Assembly (NCBI GenBank): GCA_000004985.1
Contig: GG738913.1
Reading direction: 5' to 3' (one strand)
Origin: Naegleria gruberi
Lineage: Eukaryota
DNA: 64,000 bases
In this document: positions 61,092-64,000 of the stretch, piece after piece
How the letters are laid out: the number at the start of each line of letters is the position of its first letter
Position numbering within the stretch: position 1 is the first letter of the stretch
Translations under genes and position numbers: made by a program
The notes under the pieces: model-generated
What the model saw: only the letters and a program-made list of their open reading frames with translations
Databases searched by the model: none
Told to the model about the DNA's origin: nothing

Positions 61092-61141
61092 NNNNNNNNN
61101 NNNNNNNNNNNNNNNNNNNNNNNNNNNNNNNNNNNNNNNNN

Positions 61142-62351
61142 ATATTTATTCACAGTGCCAAGTATCATCAAAGAATATTTCAAAAATAGTGAATTTAGAT
61201 TTGAAGAAGAAATTAGTATTACAAAATCAACATTTGAAACTGAAACAATGCTCTTAACGCTTGTACCTTATTCGAAATTGAATGAATTTGATTTGAATTC
61301 ATGTACCAAAGTAATGGTTGTTGGTTTTTTAGTTCTGACCAGTTTACAAGGTTTTATTTTCCAAATCGATAGCAAAAAGCTGCAATTTCAAAAACAGGAT
61401 CCAAATACTGAAGAACAAACTGAAAAGCATGATGAAGAGAATTCATCCAATAAGAGAAAAAGAAATAATAGCAAAGAAACAGGATCAAAGAAAAGAAAAG
61501 TTTCAACAATCACCAAAGAAATTAATTATTCTGACAATTTGAAAGAAATACTTCAAGAATATGACATTAATGGTAAAACAGCTACGAAAATAAGAAATGA
61601 TGATAAGGTAGCTCTTTATTTTAAACTTGATAGTGGGTTTTTAAAGATAGTTCACTATTTTGATAATAGTTCAGAGAATGTGAAAGGCATGCAAAGTATC
61701 AAATCCATTCAACATGACAATATTAATCAGATTTTTCAATTCAAGAAACTCTCCATAACTATCTCACAATTAGATGAATTGTTTTTTGAAAGAATTTCAC
61801 TTACAACCAAATCAGAACCAACAATATTTGTAACATTTTCACAATTTGTTGGTGATATTATTACTTTCATTATTTACCTGAACCAAAATGATTTGAATAC
61901 CAAATTATTATGTTTTATCAAGTTAATGATGGATGCTATTGAAGCAGTTAATATATTACATGAAAATAATATTATTCATTGTGATATTTCAATTAGAAAT
62001 GTTGGCATGTTATTTACAAAACCTGTCATGACATCATATGCCAAAGAAAAAAGCTCAATATTGGAAGCATTGCCAAATGTTTCAAACTTTAATTTCATTT
62101 TGATTGATTTCAATCATTGTAAAGTGGAAGGACAAGAACAAGCTAAATGGAACATTTTTCCAGAATGTANNNNNNNNNNNNNNNNNNNNNNNNNNNNNNN
62201 NNNNNNNNNNNNNNNNNNNAATTTTGATGTGATTATTCAATTGTTGAAGGATGTTATTGAGAATGAGGGTAAATCTGACATTTGCAATTTCACCAAAACG
62301 TTCAATTTACTATATGAAAATGTCATTCAACCAATTAAGAATAAAAACTAG
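61142..62351 (+). CDS. Copy 2 of the kinase-like gene (duplicate of 53150..54831). It begins in a gap, contains an internal gap at 62170..62219, and has a continuous reading frame.
   Basis: About 90% nt identity to copy 1 over 53370..54831. Single frame through the region where copy 1 is broken. Confidence 0.45.
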
Positions 62352-62377
62352 TAAAGTTTACATCATTGTTTGAATAT

Positions 62378-63342
62378 TTATTGAATGAAACATTTCTTCT
62401 TTTCATCATCAATTTCCGAATCAAATTGTGAATCTTCATCAGCACCTCCACTCTTTGATTGCTTCTTCTTCAATCTCTTTCTATATTTTTCCATCTTTTT
62501 TTCATATTCCTCAACTTGTTTAAAGTATGAATCTGGTGGCCATTTGTTTTCAGTAACATGTTTCAGATTTTCACCTGTTAAAAGTTCCCATTCCCTTCTT
62601 GCTTTCATTGGACCATAATTTGTAGATATGAAATGGAGACAAAAGTTGGCCAATTGATTGGCTTCATAAGTTTGAGCTAGTAACAGTAGACCTATAATGT
62701 CAATGTCAGCTTTTTCAATTCCTTGAGCTACTGATTTGTCAATATTTTTCGAGATGAAAATTTCACACATTGAGGTCAATCCAGACATGCCATATTCGTT
62801 GGCCAAGCTCAACAATCCAACAGCATTTCTTTCATTGATGGTAGAGTGAGCAGAGTACAGATATTCGAATAGGGCATGGAATTCACTTATTCTATTCTCA
62901 TTCTCACCAATTTCACCACTCAAATCTACTTGCCTTGATGAGTGCTCTACGAAATTGCCCTCAAACATTGTTCTGAATACATCACAATTAGCAGAGAGGA
63001 ATAGTTTGTGTCCCTGAAAATTCTTGGAAGAATCAGTCGTGGAAAAGACAATTTCGACATCGGAGTGAGTTTTCTTATCAAAGTACTTTTTCTTAATTTC
63101 ACTACCCAATAGATCATTAAGATAGGTTTCAATACTTTCATTGAACACATCTTCCTCTCCTCTCTGGTAATTACTGACTATATTGTCAGTGTATTCACAT
63201 TCAAAGATGGTAGATGCAATCTTGACCTTATTGAGAAATTGATCTTTTTTACACCTTTCCAGCATAGTTTCCGATCCTCCATAATATTGGATTTCCAATA
63301 GGGATTTGAAAGCCCTATGATGAATAGTGTTGGAGAGTCTGA
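62378..63342 (-). CDS. racA: Copy 2 of the last racA (RhoBTB) exon. About 99% identical to 54905..55870. Truncated by the terminal N-run at 63343..64000.
   Basis: Near-identical sequence. For example, 62385..62618 matches 54912..55145 with one substitution. Confidence 0.55.
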
Positions 63343-64000
63343 NNNNNNNNNNNNNNNNNNNNNNNNNNNNNNNNNNNNNNNNNNNNNNNNNNNNNNNNNN
63401 NNNNNNNNNNNNNNNNNNNNNNNNNNNNNNNNNNNNNNNNNNNNNNNNNNNNNNNNNNNNNNNNNNNNNNNNNNNNNNNNNNNNNNNNNNNNNNNNNNNN
63501 NNNNNNNNNNNNNNNNNNNNNNNNNNNNNNNNNNNNNNNNNNNNNNNNNNNNNNNNNNNNNNNNNNNNNNNNNNNNNNNNNNNNNNNNNNNNNNNNNNNN
63601 NNNNNNNNNNNNNNNNNNNNNNNNNNNNNNNNNNNNNNNNNNNNNNNNNNNNNNNNNNNNNNNNNNNNNNNNNNNNNNNNNNNNNNNNNNNNNNNNNNNN
63701 NNNNNNNNNNNNNNNNNNNNNNNNNNNNNNNNNNNNNNNNNNNNNNNNNNNNNNNNNNNNNNNNNNNNNNNNNNNNNNNNNNNNNNNNNNNNNNNNNNNN
63801 NNNNNNNNNNNNNNNNNNNNNNNNNNNNNNNNNNNNNNNNNNNNNNNNNNNNNNNNNNNNNNNNNNNNNNNNNNNNNNNNNNNNNNNNNNNNNNNNNNNN
63901 NNNNNNNNNNNNNNNNNNNNNNNNNNNNNNNNNNNNNNNNNNNNNNNNNNNNNNNNNNNNNNNNNNNNNNNNNNNNNNNNNNNNNNNNNNNNNNNNNNNN

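Noticed and set aside
60641-62351. ORFs encoding (PK)n on the minus strand (60641..61183) and (GL)n on the plus strand (first ~150 aa of 60648..62351)
   Set aside because: They are translations of the (GGGTTT)n microsatellite in two frames or strands. Only the portion after the 61092-61141 gap (61142..62351) is a real gene, the copy-2 kinase-like gene.
1-64000. Prokaryotic-style interpretation (operons, defence islands, toxin-antitoxin pairs, phage genes)
   Set aside because: Spliceosomal introns with GTAAGT donors, poly-N/Q low-complexity proteins, ankyrin/PH/RGS/RhoBTB/cathepsin C content and a eukaryotic tRNA show this is nuclear DNA of an amoebozoan. The multi-gene signals here are segmental and tandem duplications and domain fusions, not operons.

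Overview
This is a eukaryotic window, not a prokaryotic one, so there are no operons, CRISPR arrays or phage defence islands to report. The sequence is AT-rich, with proteins full of poly-N, poly-Q and poly-S/T runs. It has A-rich aaaATG start contexts and very short GT..AG introns of 37-72 nt. The ORF track uses GTG/TTG alternative starts, so several listed 'M' residues are really internal L or V after an intron. Gene content includes a RhoBTB (racA-type) gene, an ACG-like sensor adenylyl/guanylyl cyclase, a cathepsin C, and START, ankyrin, F-box/LRR and RGS domain proteins. Together these point to a dictyostelid social amoeba, an amoebozoan rather than D. discoideum itself, from a draft scaffold with seven N-gaps. 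About 30 protein genes lie on both strands, many with small introns that I mapped by frame and GT-AG logic, plus one tRNA-Trp(CCA). The most interesting signals are: (1) a ~2440-aa protein with NHL repeats, EGF modules, a GAIN/GPS motif, a 7TM bundle and a C-terminal RGS domain, i.e. an adhesion-GPCR with its own GAP. (2) A tail-to-tail pair of sensor-domain signalling proteins, 2TM-sensor-PAS-RGS and sensor-TM-class-III-cyclase. (3) A long telomere-like (GGGTTT)n array bounded by gaps, after which part of the region 7 kb upstream reappears as a diverged duplicate: a kinase-like gene plus racA. (4) Three tandem paralogs of an uncharacterised family with a tRNA-Trp between them. (5) A DUF4116-repeat protein kinase carrying a single in-frame TAA inside the GT-x-x-YLAPE activation-segment motif. 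Domain calls rest on motif recognition by eye. No database search was possible.
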